This document shows positions 17,073 to 26,481 of a DNA stretch of 63,972 bases, one piece after another. The notes beneath the pieces are model-generated. The model ran no database searches and was not told where the DNA came from. It saw only the letters and a list, made by a program, of their open reading frames with translations. The translations under genes were made by a program, and so were the position numbers. Source of the stretch: Acidobacteriota bacterium (GTDB lineage Bacteria; Acidobacteriota; UBA4820; DSQY01); assembly GCA_037443845.1 (NCBI GenBank), contig JBBINO010000002.1, positions 26,468-90,439 of the forward strand, read 5' to 3'. Position 1 is the stretch's first letter. Each line of letters opens with the position of its first letter.

Positions 17073-18359
17073 TCACACCCAGCCGCGCTTCTTGCAGGCT
17101 TCGGCGACGCGGCCAATGGCGATCATGTAGGCGGCGTCCCTGGTGTAGACCTTCTTTTTACGGGCAAGCTCCGAGACGGCGGCGAAAGCGCTCGTCATCT
17201 TGTCGTCGAGCTTCTGAAGAACCTCTTCCTTCGTCCAGAAGTAGTTCATGTTGCACTGCACCTGCTCGAAGTAGGAGCAGGTCACGCCGCCGGCGTTGCA
17301 CAGGAAGTCGGGGATCAGGAAAATGCCCTTCTTCTTGATGACCTCGTCGGCCTCAGGGGTCGTCGGGCCGTTCGCGCCTTCGGCGATGATCTTTACGGAG
17401 GACTTGATCTTGCCAACGTTCTCGGCGTTGATCATGTTCTCCTGGGCGGCGGGGACGAGGACGGTTACATCCTGCTCGATCCACGCGTCGCCGGGGAGCT
17501 TTTCCCAGCCGTACGACTTGGCCTTGGCCTGGTCAATGGTGCCGAACTTGTCAACGGCGGCCATCAGCTTGTCGAAGTTGATCCCGTCCTTGCACTTGTA
17601 GGTGTAGGCCTTCTTGTCCTTCTGGTCCCAGCAGGCGATCGCCACGACCTTGCCGCCGAGCTGCGAGAAGAGATCCAAGGTGTACTGGGCGACGTTTCCC
17701 GAACCCTGAATGGCCGCGGTCGCGCCCTTGATCTTGATGCCGCGCTCTTTCATAGCCTCGCGGATGTGGTAGACGACGCCGTATCCGGTCGCTTCGGTGC
17801 GGCCGAGGGAGCCGCCGAGGCCCACCGGCTTTCCGGTGATGAAACCGGGGAGGTGCTCGCCGCGGATCTTTTCGAGCTCGTCCATCATCCAAACCATGTG
17901 CTGGCCGTTGGTCATGACGTCGGGCGCCGGAACGTCCTGCAGCGGGCCGACGTTGCGTGCGACCTGGCGCACCCATCCGCGGCAGATTCCCTCCTGCTCG
18001 CGGTCGGAGAGGTTGTGCGGGTCGCAGATGACGCCGCCCTTGCCGCCGCCGAGCGGGATGTCAACCACGGCGCACTTCCAGGTCATCCACGTGGCGAGCG
18101 CGCGGACGGTGTCAACGGTCTCCTGGGGATGGAAGCGGATGCCGCCCTTGGCCGGCCCTCTCGCGTCGTTGTGCTGGACCCTGAATCCCCTGAAGACCTT
18201 CACCTTGCCGTCGCCCATACGGACCGGGATCGTGAAGTGGTATTCCCGCATCGGATTGCGCAAAAGCTCCCTGGTGCCCTGGTCCAGGCCGAGCTTCTCG
18301 GCCACGTTGTCGAACTGGGCCTGCGCCATCGCGAACGGGTTGAAGTTTTTCTTCTCCAT
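17073..18359 (-). CDS. gdhA: glutamate dehydrogenase (Glu/Leu/Phe/Val dehydrogenase family)
   Basis: The product is 428 aa. RVQHNDARGPAKGGIRFHP and IPLGGGKGGV are catalytic-Lys region blocks. IQGSGNVAQY is the Rossmann GxGxxA/G motif. Confidence 0.93.
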   Translation of the reverse strand: MEKKNFNPFAMAQAQFDNVAEKLGLDQGTRELLRNPMREYHFTIPVRMGDGKVKVFRGFRVQHNDARGPAKGGIRFHPQETVDTVRALATWMTWKCAVVDIPLGGGKGGVICDPHNLSDREQEGICRGWVRQVARNVGPLQDVPAPDVMTNGQHMVWMMDELEKIRGEHLPGFITGKPVGLGGSLGRTEATGYGVVYHIREAMKERGIKIKGATAAIQGSGNVAQYTLDLFSQLGGKVVAIACWDQKDKKAYTYKCKDGINFDKLMAAVDKFGTIDQAKAKSYGWEKLPGDAWIEQDVTVLVPAAQENMINAENVGKIKSSVKIIAEGANGPTTPEADEVIKKKGIFLIPDFLCNAGGVTCSYFEQVQCNMNYFWTKEEVLQKLDDKMTSAFAAVSELARKKKVYTRDAAYMIAIGRVAEACKKRGWV

Positions 18360-18698
18360 AACCGCTCTCCTTTGATATCTTGCACCGGAGGCCTTGCAGA
18401 GGCCATACCCAAGACGGGCAGGGACTCCCCTGAAGGCTTGCTCCGAAACTTGCGGCTGCCACCCTAACGCCCGCGGAATTGTATTATAGAACCTTCTTTC
18501 CGCCGGTTCACCACAGGTGATAAAGATAACAAACGCGCGCTTTGGCTGTCAAGAAACCGGGAAGCACCCCGCTTACGTGGGGCATTCCACCCAAGAAGCC
18601 GCGGTAGCCGTTCGCCGACCCGTACTCTTCATTTTGTGACCTTCGTCATGGATTATTGACCTCCTGGTTGCTATACTTGGCCGCGAGAGGAGGACGCC

Positions 18699-19835
18699 AT
18701 GCGCAAACGAAACTACCTGGCGCTGGCAGGATTGGTTCTGGCCCTCATCGTGACCGTGCTCGCTCAGGACGAGGGACCGTACCATCCTTACCGCCAGAAG
18801 CTGCCGGATGGAACCGTAAGCTGGTACGAGGGATGGATCCAGACGCGCGCCGAAGTCCCGCTGATGAAGGGGATGCCGCGCAACCAGGCGCAAATCGAGG
18901 CGCAGCGCGTCGCGCTCATGAAGGCGCAGGCCGCCGCGCTCAGAATAGCGTTGAAGGTGCCGATGGACGCCGACCGCCGCCTCGAGGAGTTCGAAGCACT
19001 GAAGGTGAGGGTCAAGGGCGTAATCAGGGGAGGCAAGGTCATCAACGAGGGCCTTTCCGGCGATACCTACGCGCTGACGCTGGAAGTCCCAATTTCAGGC
19101 GTCAATGGAATAGTCTCCGAAGCTTACCCGGTGATGGTCCCGGCCGAAGAGGCCGCGGCGCCGGAACAGGCCTCAACGGCGAACCCGCCTCCGCGAAACG
19201 AGGTGGCCGCGCCCAGCGAGGCAGGCGCCTCGGCGCCGCCTGAGCCGCAGACCAAGCTGCCTCCTGTTCATCCATCGAAGCCCGCCCCGGAAGGCAAGCC
19301 CGAGAAGCCCAAGGTCTCCTCCTTGAGCTCGTTCGCCGCCGTCAGGATAGATGCAACCGGCGCCGGCGCCAAGCCCGCACTGTTCCCAAAAGTGAAGGAT
19401 GACAAGGGCCAGGCGGTCTACAGCGTGGCGAGCGTGCAACCGGACGTTGCCAAACGCCAGACGATCGCCAGGTACGTGAGCCCCTCCGGCGGCTCCGAGA
19501 AGACCCAGTCGCGCCCCTCCATGATGCCGTCGTTTCTGCCCCTGGCGGTCGTTGATCCGAGAAGCTTTCTTCTTGCCCAGGGAGCCCCGCCTCCAAAGAG
19601 GCCTCACGGAGAGGAAAATGTCCTCACGATTCACGCCGTCCGGGCGGAAGGAAAGCTTCAAGCCGACCTCGTCATAACTCAGGAGGACGCCCAGAAGCTC
19701 AGGGAGGCGGAGGCGGCCAACGGCGTGCTTTCTTCTGGAAACGTCGTGGTCGTGGTCAGGTCCGACGTGGGCGGCGTCGAGAGCCGCAAGCTGACCGACA
19801 AAGACGGCGGGGAATTCCTGCTCGGCAGGCGATGA
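18699..19835 (+). CDS. secreted protein, N-terminal LPP20-like module + Pro-rich linker + unknown C-terminal domain
   Basis: It has a signal peptide (LALAGLVLALIVTVLAQ). The N-terminal pattern (QAQIEAQRVALMKAQAAALRIALKV...VKGVIRGGKVINEGLSGDTYALTLEVP) resembles LPP20/FlgO-type lipoprotein folds. A GGAGG RBS is present. The family assignment is tentative. Confidence 0.5.
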   Translation: MRKRNYLALAGLVLALIVTVLAQDEGPYHPYRQKLPDGTVSWYEGWIQTRAEVPLMKGMPRNQAQIEAQRVALMKAQAAALRIALKVPMDADRRLEEFEALKVRVKGVIRGGKVINEGLSGDTYALTLEVPISGVNGIVSEAYPVMVPAEEAAAPEQASTANPPPRNEVAAPSEAGASAPPEPQTKLPPVHPSKPAPEGKPEKPKVSSLSSFAAVRIDATGAGAKPALFPKVKDDKGQAVYSVASVQPDVAKRQTIARYVSPSGGSEKTQSRPSMMPSFLPLAVVDPRSFLLAQGAPPPKRPHGEENVLTIHAVRAEGKLQADLVITQEDAQKLREAEAANGVLSSGNVVVVVRSDVGGVESRKLTDKDGGEFLLGRR

Positions 19836-19839
19836 ACCA

Positions 19840-21693
19840 ATGAAGTATGGCTCGTGGCGCCCCCAAAAGCCGTTGGCACTTTTGGCGCTGGTGCTCCTGC
19901 CGGGCGCGGCTGTGGCGCTCGCCCTGGCCGCGGGCCTCGCGGTTCCGGCCGAGCGCGTGATATACGACCAACTTCTCAGAGCCAGGCCCCTTCCGCCGGC
20001 TCCACCCGTGCTCATCGTCGCCATTGACGAGAAGACCTTCGCCTCGTTGAACCACCGGGCGCCGGACAGGGCGGAACTGGCTCGGGCGATTTCTTCCATA
20101 TGGGAGAAGCACCCCGCTCTCATCGGCATTGACCTGCTTTTTTCATCCACGAAGGATGAAGCCTCGGACGCCGCGTTTGAAAAAGCGCTCGCCTCTTCGG
20201 ACTGCGTCCTGGCTTGCAGCCCCGCCCAAAGCGCCTATCCCATTCCCCGCTTCCGCAAAGAGGCCGCTGGACTGGGCTCCATAGACCTACTGCTGGACCG
20301 CGACGGAATACTGAGAGGACTGCCGCCTCCATACACGTCGCTTCAAGACGGCCGCATGGTCATCGAGCGCCTTCCGTTCGCTCTCGAGTGCGCCAGCCTC
20401 GTATGGTTCCCCGCGGCCCAGCCGCCGGCCGAGGCGGCCAAAGGCGGATTGAATATCGGCGGCCACTCCTATCGGTTGAGCGGCGGACGGTGGCTTATTC
20501 CCTACCGCGGCGGAGACGGGACGCTGCCGCGCGTTTCTTTCATTGACGTGCTCAACGACCCCTCCACTGCTCTGGGGGACCTGTCGGGCAAGATCGTACT
20601 CATTGGGAACACGACGGCGGCCGGGCAGGATTACAAGTCGGTCCCCCTGCCGGCCGTGGTCCGCCAGATCGCCGGGATGAAGACGGTTTCGACCCATTCC
20701 ATGGCCGGAGTGGAGATTCATGGCCAGGCCGTCGCGGCGTTGATGCAAAATATCTCGATCGCGACGCTCCCTTCGAGCGAGTTGGCGTGGCTCTTCTTGA
20801 TTCTCGGCGCGGCCTCCGCCTCGGCAGCCCTTTTCCCGCTTCGCCCCTTGTCCGCGGCGCTGCTATGGTCAACAGGGGCGCTGATTCTTCTAGTCATCGG
20901 CGTCGTTGCCATGAGGCACGGCCTGGCGCTGCCGCTCTTCTCCATGCTCCTGCTGTGGGGCGCCTACGCCGGAAGCTCGTTCGCCTACCACCGCTACAAG
21001 GACCTCTCGGCGCGCCGGGACATAGAGAGGCTATTCGGGCGCTACGTCTCTCCCAACATCGCCCTAAAGCTTCTGAGCGACCCGAGCCTGGTGCACGCCG
21101 GAGGGCGAAAGAAAACCCTGACCATACTGTTTTCCGATATAAGGGGGTTCACGAGCCTTTCCGAGCGGCTGCAGCCAGAGCAGGTCACCGAGATATTAAA
21201 CCTCTACTTCACCGAGATGATGGAGATACTGTTCGCCCACGACGGCACCTACGACAAGTTCATAGGCGACGCCCTGCTCGCCTTCTTTGGCGACCCGGTG
21301 GACCAGCCGGACCACGCCGCGCGCGCCCTGGCGTGTGCCGTCGAAATGCAGGAAGGCGCGGCCCGCCTGAGAAAGCGTTTCCAAGAGAAGGGGTTGCCGC
21401 CCCTTCACATCGGCGTGGCCATAAACACCGGGCCCGTGGTGGTGGGCAACCACGGCTCCAAGGAGAGCTGGACCTACACCGTCATCGGCGACGCGGTCAA
21501 CCTGGCCTCAAGGCTCCAGGGGCTCGCGCAGCGAGACGACGTCATCCTGTCCGAGCAGACGGCGTCTGCAATAGGCGGAATCGAGCTCGAATACGATACG
21601 GAGAAGATGGAACCGGTCATGGTTAAAGGCAAAAGCGCGCCCGTCCCAATAATAAGGGTGTCGGGCCGAAAGAAGGAGGCTGAAAATGCGTAA
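19840..21693 (+). CDS. CHASE2 sensor-domain adenylate/guanylate cyclase (class III)
   Basis: An N-terminal TM segment precedes a periplasmic domain of about 300 aa (VLIVAIDEKTF..., GIDLLF, VLIGNT), which matches the CHASE2 pattern. Three TM segments follow. The cyclase core reads KKTLTILFSDIRGFTSLSERL...YDKFIGDALLAFFG...HIGVAINTGPVVVGNHGS...YTVIGDAVNLASRLQ. Confidence 0.85.
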   Translation: MKYGSWRPQKPLALLALVLLPGAAVALALAAGLAVPAERVIYDQLLRARPLPPAPPVLIVAIDEKTFASLNHRAPDRAELARAISSIWEKHPALIGIDLLFSSTKDEASDAAFEKALASSDCVLACSPAQSAYPIPRFRKEAAGLGSIDLLLDRDGILRGLPPPYTSLQDGRMVIERLPFALECASLVWFPAAQPPAEAAKGGLNIGGHSYRLSGGRWLIPYRGGDGTLPRVSFIDVLNDPSTALGDLSGKIVLIGNTTAAGQDYKSVPLPAVVRQIAGMKTVSTHSMAGVEIHGQAVAALMQNISIATLPSSELAWLFLILGAASASAALFPLRPLSAALLWSTGALILLVIGVVAMRHGLALPLFSMLLLWGAYAGSSFAYHRYKDLSARRDIERLFGRYVSPNIALKLLSDPSLVHAGGRKKTLTILFSDIRGFTSLSERLQPEQVTEILNLYFTEMMEILFAHDGTYDKFIGDALLAFFGDPVDQPDHAARALACAVEMQEGAARLRKRFQEKGLPPLHIGVAINTGPVVVGNHGSKESWTYTVIGDAVNLASRLQGLAQRDDVILSEQTASAIGGIELEYDTEKMEPVMVKGKSAPVPIIRVSGRKKEAENA

Positions 21694-22756
21694 GCTCGCA
21701 GTGTTTTTTGCAGTCATCGCCATGGCCTGGACCGCAGCCGTGGCCGCCCAGCAGACCATCACCGCGACGGGGAGCGCCGCGATCCTGAACAACGACTCCG
21801 CCCAGGCGCGCGACCGCGCGATCGAGTCCGCCCTGCGCTCCGCCGTCGAGCAGGTGATGGGGACGATGGTGGACTCGGAAAGCCTCGTCAAGAACAACGA
21901 GCTGCTATCTGACAAGATATATACCCAGACGGCCGGCTACATCTCCAGCTACAAGATCGTCTCCGAAAAGGCCGACAAGGACGCCAACATCTACAACGTC
22001 ACGATCGACGCCCAGGTCAACGAAGGGAACCTTGAGCACGACCTCAACTCCCTGGGCATCCTCATGCGGCGGATGAAGATGCCCAGAGTTGCCGTGGCAA
22101 TCAATGAAAGCGGCCAGGAGGCGTCAGCCACCCTGTTGCGGATGCTGAAGGACAAAGGCTTCAACGTCGTTGACACGGGCGACATCCAGGAGGGCTTCTA
22201 CGGAATGCAGGAGGGAGCCCAATCGGACCTCTTGAAGAAGTACGGGGCGGAAGTGGTGATCCTCGGCACCTTGAAGGGCGGGCCCGGAGGCAGCGTCGGC
22301 AATTCAAACCTCATCTCCTTCCAGGCGAGCCTTTCGCTCAAGGCCATTCAGACGGACACCCGCCACGTGCTAGGGACGTCGAGCGGCAGCGGCAAGGCGG
22401 TCCACGTCGGCGACGAGGGCATGGCCCAGGCCGCCCGCCAGGCCGCCACGGTGGCCGGCAACGACATCATCCGCCAGATTACCGCCCAGTGGTCGAAAGA
22501 GGTCTCCTCGACGAGGCAGCTGGTGCTCGTCCTCCAGGGCGCCTCCGCCGACGAAGCTTCGCAATTCGCAGCCAAGCTCCAAAAGGAGGGCCGCGGGATC
22601 CAGGACGCAGTTGTTCATTCGGCTTCCGGCGACAACGCCGAGCTCGAAGTCTCGATGCAGGGCGACGCATCCGACCTCGCGCAGGAAGCAAAGAAGCTCT
22701 TCCCCGGATGGCGCGTCGTTTCACAGACAGCCGCCCGTTTGACATTGTCGAGGTAA
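21686..22756 (+). CDS. secreted FlgT-like/LPP20-like three-module envelope protein
   Basis: It has a signal peptide. The N-terminal module (ATGSAAILNNDSAQARDRAIESALRSAVEQVMG...YNVTIDAQV) is LPP20/FlgT_N-like. The middle module (PRVAVAINESG...VVILGTLKG...LSLKAIQTDTRHVLG) is CsgG/LpoB-like. The gene overlaps the cyclase stop by 8 nt and has a GAAGGAGG RBS. Confidence 0.55.
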   Translation: MRKLAVFFAVIAMAWTAAVAAQQTITATGSAAILNNDSAQARDRAIESALRSAVEQVMGTMVDSESLVKNNELLSDKIYTQTAGYISSYKIVSEKADKDANIYNVTIDAQVNEGNLEHDLNSLGILMRRMKMPRVAVAINESGQEASATLLRMLKDKGFNVVDTGDIQEGFYGMQEGAQSDLLKKYGAEVVILGTLKGGPGGSVGNSNLISFQASLSLKAIQTDTRHVLGTSSGSGKAVHVGDEGMAQAARQAATVAGNDIIRQITAQWSKEVSSTRQLVLVLQGASADEASQFAAKLQKEGRGIQDAVVHSASGDNAELEVSMQGDASDLAQEAKKLFPGWRVVSQTAARLTLSR

Positions 22757-22789
22757 AGAAGTTATTCTTGGAACGTGAGGGAGCAGACC

Positions 22790-23683
22790 ATGAAGAAGAC
22801 GATAGCTTTGGTTGCTTTGGTGGTGCTGGCGCTTGCGGCGGTCTCGGCCGCGGCCCAGCAGAAGCCCAGGATCGCCGTTATCAAAATGGAAAACAAGTCC
22901 CCTTACGGCGGAGCAAACCTCGGGCCCGCCCTCGAAGACTGGCTCGTCCAAGGGCTGGTTCAGTCGGGTAAATTCCGCGTCATGGAGCGCAAGGACCTGG
23001 ACACGGTCCTGAGCGAACAGAGCCTGTCGCTCTCGGGAGCGGTTGACGAAAAGACGGCCGTTCAGGTCGGCAAACTTTTGGGCTGCCAACTGGTGGTGAT
23101 CGGGGCGATCACCGACTTCTCGAAGCACAAGACCGAGGCGCACGGCCTCTTCAAGCTCGGCTTCGACGTCGGCAAGACCACCGCTGAAGGGACCGTCAAC
23201 CTGAAGCTAATCAACACGACCACGGCCGAAATCGTCTACACTGGACAGGAACAAGGCAAGCACTCTTTTGCCAACGTCTCGGTCGCGAGCTTTGGCGGCG
23301 GCGTCGAATGGGACGAATCGCAGGCCCGCCAGATCTTCGAGCCCGCCGTGAAGCGCCTGGTTGACGCCATCGTCCAAAAGGCCGGTGACATACAAGAGAG
23401 CTTGGGCTCCGCAGGAGCGGTTTCAGGCAAGGTTGCGAAGGTCGGCGACGGCAAGGTTTACATCAGCCTGGGCTCCGTGGACGGGATCAAGGCCGGGGAC
23501 ACCATGACGCTGACCCGCGTCGGCGAGACGATAACCGACCCCGACACCGGCAAGGTCCTGGGGCAGGAGAAGACCAGCCTCGGCACCTTCACCGTCACCA
23601 AGATCGTCGGGGACCACCTTGCGATCGGCGTGGCGAACAGCAGCGTTCACCCGCAGGTCGGCGACGTGGTCGAGAAACAGTAG
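22790..23683 (+). CDS. CsgG-family (curli-transport-like) periplasmic/outer-membrane protein with C-terminal beta-barrel extension
   Basis: PRIAVIKMENKSPYGGANLGPALEDWLVQGLVQSGKFRVMERKDLDTVLSEQSLSLSG...LGCQLVVIGAITDFS matches the CsgG family pattern. The signal peptide has no Cys, so it is not a classical lipoprotein. The start was set at ATG 22790, with GTG 22775 as an alternative. Confidence 0.7.
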   Translation: MKKTIALVALVVLALAAVSAAAQQKPRIAVIKMENKSPYGGANLGPALEDWLVQGLVQSGKFRVMERKDLDTVLSEQSLSLSGAVDEKTAVQVGKLLGCQLVVIGAITDFSKHKTEAHGLFKLGFDVGKTTAEGTVNLKLINTTTAEIVYTGQEQGKHSFANVSVASFGGGVEWDESQARQIFEPAVKRLVDAIVQKAGDIQESLGSAGAVSGKVAKVGDGKVYISLGSVDGIKAGDTMTLTRVGETITDPDTGKVLGQEKTSLGTFTVTKIVGDHLAIGVANSSVHPQVGDVVEKQ

Positions 23684-23773
23684 CCTCATGGAATCTCATC
23701 GGGCGCTCCGCGCTGCATCTGGCGCGGGGCGCCTTCGGGCGTCAATCTCAATGGCATATTTGGCGAGGAGAGC

Positions 23774-24325
23774 TTGACCGTAGCCAATTTTCTCAGCATC
23801 CTTCGCATGGGCCTCATCCCATTCTTTCTCATGGCCATGGTTTATGGCCACTACGCGGTTGGGCTCTGGATATTCGCCGGTTCCGGCATAACCGACGCGC
23901 TAGACGGCTTCATCGCGCGCTTCTTCAACCAAAAGACGCCGCTGGGGGCGTTCCTCGACCCGATGGCCGACAAGCTGATGCTTACTGCCACCTACATCGC
24001 CTTGGCGCTTCAAAACATAGGCCTGCCTTACACGATTCCCGTTTGGATTCCCATCATTACGATCTGCCGCGACGTGGTCATCGTCTTGGTGGCCCTGCTT
24101 CTTTATCTCCAATCAAACGTGACGAAGTTTCCGCCGAGCTGGCAGGGCAAGCTCACAACTTTCTTCCAGATAGCATTCGCGGTAGCCTGCCTTGTCAAAA
24201 ACGCCTACGGTTTTCCCGAAACTTTTCTGGAAATCCTTCTCTGGGTGGCGGTCTTTTTCACGGCATATTCCGGGATTCACTACCTGTGGCGGGCAAAGTC
24301 ACTCATCGGCGCCGACGAGACATGA
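23774..24325 (+). CDS. pgsA: CDP-alcohol phosphatidyltransferase (PgsA-like)
   Basis: The signature D-G-x2-A-R-x8-G-x3-D-x3-D is present as DALDGFIARFFNQKTPLGAFLDPMADK. The product has multiple TM helices. The start is TTG. Confidence 0.8.
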   Translation: MTVANFLSILRMGLIPFFLMAMVYGHYAVGLWIFAGSGITDALDGFIARFFNQKTPLGAFLDPMADKLMLTATYIALALQNIGLPYTIPVWIPIITICRDVVIVLVALLLYLQSNVTKFPPSWQGKLTTFFQIAFAVACLVKNAYGFPETFLEILLWVAVFFTAYSGIHYLWRAKSLIGADET

Positions 24326-24813
24326 GAATCAATATACCGGCGGTTCTTGCCCTGATTCTAGTCGCGGCTTTTGCCGCCTGCGGCGAATCAACGGCGCCGG
24401 CGGCCAGCGCGGAGTCCCCCGTCCAGGCGCCAGCGCAAACCCCAATCGTGATTTTCCCGGACGGCCACAGGGTGAACGTCGTCCTGGCGACCGATCCCGA
24501 GTCGCAGGCGCGCGGCCTGATGTTCGTCGCCCGCCTGCCGGACGACCAGGGAATGCTCTTTCTCTTCAACGACAATTCCATCCGTTCGTTCTGGATGAAG
24601 AACTGCGAGATGGCCATAGACATGATCTGGCTCGACGGCGCCAACAAGATCGTAGACATCACCGACAGCGCCCCGCCGTGCCAGAGCGACCCGTGTCCCG
24701 AGTACAAGCCGAAGGCGCCGTGCCGCAACGTCCTCGAAGTGCGTGGCGGCCTGGCGAGGGAACACTCCCTCCACCCCGGCGACACGCTTATCGTTGTCAA
24801 TGCAAATGGATGA
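24322..24813 (+). CDS. DUF192-family secreted lipoprotein
   Basis: The lipobox is AAFAAC. The pattern VVLATDPESQARGLMFVARLPDDQGMLFLF...SFWMKNCEMAIDMIWLD is typical of DUF192. The ATG overlaps the pgsA stop as ATGA. Confidence 0.75.
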   Translation: MRINIPAVLALILVAAFAACGESTAPAASAESPVQAPAQTPIVIFPDGHRVNVVLATDPESQARGLMFVARLPDDQGMLFLFNDNSIRSFWMKNCEMAIDMIWLDGANKIVDITDSAPPCQSDPCPEYKPKAPCRNVLEVRGGLAREHSLHPGDTLIVVNANG

Positions 24814-24819
24814 CCGCAC

Positions 24820-25374
24820 ATGAAGCCAGGCAAGCTTCACGTCTACACCGGCGACGGCAAAGGTAAGACGACCTCCTGCATAGGACTGGCCGTGCGGGCC
24901 GTTGGCGCGGGCAAGCGGGTCATCATCATTCAATTCGACAAGGGATTCGACGGGAAGAACGAGCACTACTCCGAGCGGAAGGTCTTAAGGACGCTCGGCG
25001 GGCTACGCCTTGAACCGACCGGCCTCGAACGAATCAAACCCGACGGGACCTTTCGCTTCGGCGTCCTTCCCGGCGACGTGGAGGAGGCCACGCGCGGCCT
25101 CGGCCTCGCGGCGCGCGCGGCCGCATCCGCGGAATTCGATCTCGTGATTCTCGACGAGATTCTTTCGGCGCAGCAATACCACCTGATAAGCGAGAATGAC
25201 CTTCTCAACGTCATCGAGCGTTGGGAAGCGGCCGGACGCCCCTGCGAGCTCGTCCTTTCCGGAAGGACGCGCCTGAAGTCGGTCGTGGAGCGCGCCGACC
25301 TCGTCACCGAGATGAAGAAGGTCAAGCATTACTTCGACCAAGGCCTCGAGGCCCGGGAGGGAATCGAATTTTAA
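24820..25374 (+). CDS. cobO: cob(I)yrinic acid a,c-diamide adenosyltransferase (CobO/BtuR type)
   Basis: HVYTGDGKGKTTSCIGLAVRAVGAGKRVIIIQFDKG contains the P-loop. LVILDEI and LVLSGR are further family blocks. Confidence 0.88.
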   Translation: MKPGKLHVYTGDGKGKTTSCIGLAVRAVGAGKRVIIIQFDKGFDGKNEHYSERKVLRTLGGLRLEPTGLERIKPDGTFRFGVLPGDVEEATRGLGLAARAAASAEFDLVILDEILSAQQYHLISENDLLNVIERWEAAGRPCELVLSGRTRLKSVVERADLVTEMKKVKHYFDQGLEAREGIEF

Positions 25375-25872
25375 ATGGCGAAATCTAGGCTCCAGGAATT
25401 CTTCTTCCCGAGCCTCACTCCCAAGTTCATTCTACGGGCCGCGGCCGTCGCGCTGGGCGCTTACCTTTTTTTCGGCCACCTCCTCGTGCCGATGTTCATA
25501 AAGGGCAGGAGCATGGAACCCACCTACAAAGACGGCGGTTTCACCTTCTGCTGGACCATGAGCTATCTCTTCCACCAGCCCGAGCGGTTCGACGTTGTGG
25601 CCGTTAAGCTGGCCGGAAGCAAAGTCGTCTACCTGAAGCGCGTCGTGGCGCTGGAAGGCGAGGAGGTCGAATTTCGCAACGGCCTTCTTCTCGTTGATGG
25701 AAAACCGCTCGATGAGCCTTACGTGAAGTACCGTTTTCCCTGGGATCTTCCGCCTCGAAAAGTGGGAACAGGCTGCGTCTATCTCGTCGGAGACAACCGC
25801 GGGATGCCGATCGAGGAGCACGACTTCGGCCAGGCGCCGATCTCCCGAATCCTCGGCAAGCCGGTATGGTAG
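25375..25872 (+). CDS. signal peptidase I-like (S26 family) protein
   Basis: It has an N-terminal TM segment. GRSMEPT carries the catalytic Ser box, LKRVVALEGEEV the Lys box, and VGDNRG the third box. The product is short (165 aa) and lacks the usual S-x-DSR tail, so it could be a specialised paralogue. Confidence 0.72.
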   Translation: MAKSRLQEFFFPSLTPKFILRAAAVALGAYLFFGHLLVPMFIKGRSMEPTYKDGGFTFCWTMSYLFHQPERFDVVAVKLAGSKVVYLKRVVALEGEEVEFRNGLLLVDGKPLDEPYVKYRFPWDLPPRKVGTGCVYLVGDNRGMPIEEHDFGQAPISRILGKPVW

Positions 25873-25885
25873 GAATTGTCCGGCC

Positions 25886-26434
25886 TTGACGAAGGCTGGC
25901 CGTCTATCGGAGAAGCTTATGCAACCACCAGCAGCCCGAAATAATAAGAGGCTCCTGGCCGGGGCGGTCCTGGCCCTCCTGGCGCTATTTTCGCTCTACT
26001 GCTTCGCCCACATCGAGGAGTGGCGCGTGAAAGGACGCTTCAAGGCGCTTGCCGAATGGGTGGACAAAGAGCCGGGCGAACAACCGATGGATGCCCTCTT
26101 GAAGGCCGCCGGCGCGCGAAAGATTTTCGCCGACCCGTGCGAATTCGAGATCGAGTCATACAAAGTCTCCGCGAAGGTGTCGCTGCAGGAGATCATGGGA
26201 TACGCCGCCAAGGGGAGGGAGCGTTTCTCCCAACTCGCCTTGAAGTTCTACGACATCACCGTCGTCTTCCCCCAAAAGGGCGAGGCCTCGGTGACGGCCA
26301 CCGCCCGCCTGACGGGCAAGAAGGCCGGCGGCGAAGCGGTCAACGAAACACATGAAATCGAGTGCAACCTCAAGAAAACGGACGACGGCTGGCGCTTCAC
26401 CAAGATCAAAGCCGTCGAGGTGCTAGTGAAGTAG
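25886..26434 (+). CDS. membrane-anchored hypothetical protein (NTF2/SnoaL-like fold guess)
   Basis: It has a TM anchor (LLAGAVLALLALFSLYCFA). The C-terminus (VTATARLTGKKAGGEAVNETHEIECNLKKTDDGWRFTKIKAVEV) resembles DUF4440/NTF2-like cone proteins. The start could be TTG 25886 or ATG 25919. Confidence 0.45.
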   Translation: MTKAGRLSEKLMQPPAARNNKRLLAGAVLALLALFSLYCFAHIEEWRVKGRFKALAEWVDKEPGEQPMDALLKAAGARKIFADPCEFEIESYKVSAKVSLQEIMGYAAKGRERFSQLALKFYDITVVFPQKGEASVTATARLTGKKAGGEAVNETHEIECNLKKTDDGWRFTKIKAVEVLVK

Positions 26435-26481
26435 CATCCGAAAGATGGCACTTTACGCCGGCGCCGCCATCTTCCGCTCTA

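Noticed and set aside
16920-18467. A 515-aa plus-strand ORF opposite gdhA. Similar long shadow ORFs occur at 7915..9315 (opposite pilO/pilN), 44957..46156, 41363..42307, 59967..60506 and 60675..61757.
   Set aside because: They have the same high-GC antisense shadow composition, no motifs and no RBS. Each is fully covered by a well-supported gene on the other strand.
18360-18560. A structured leader or riboswitch upstream of gdhA. A TATAAT box on the minus strand (18489-18484) is followed by a ~120-nt 5' UTR with the hairpin GGCCT-CTGCA-AGGCC.
   Set aside because: I found no match to any riboswitch consensus I know, such as the glutamine or glnA motif. The best -35 for the TATAAT box is poor. 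It is only a possible promoter.
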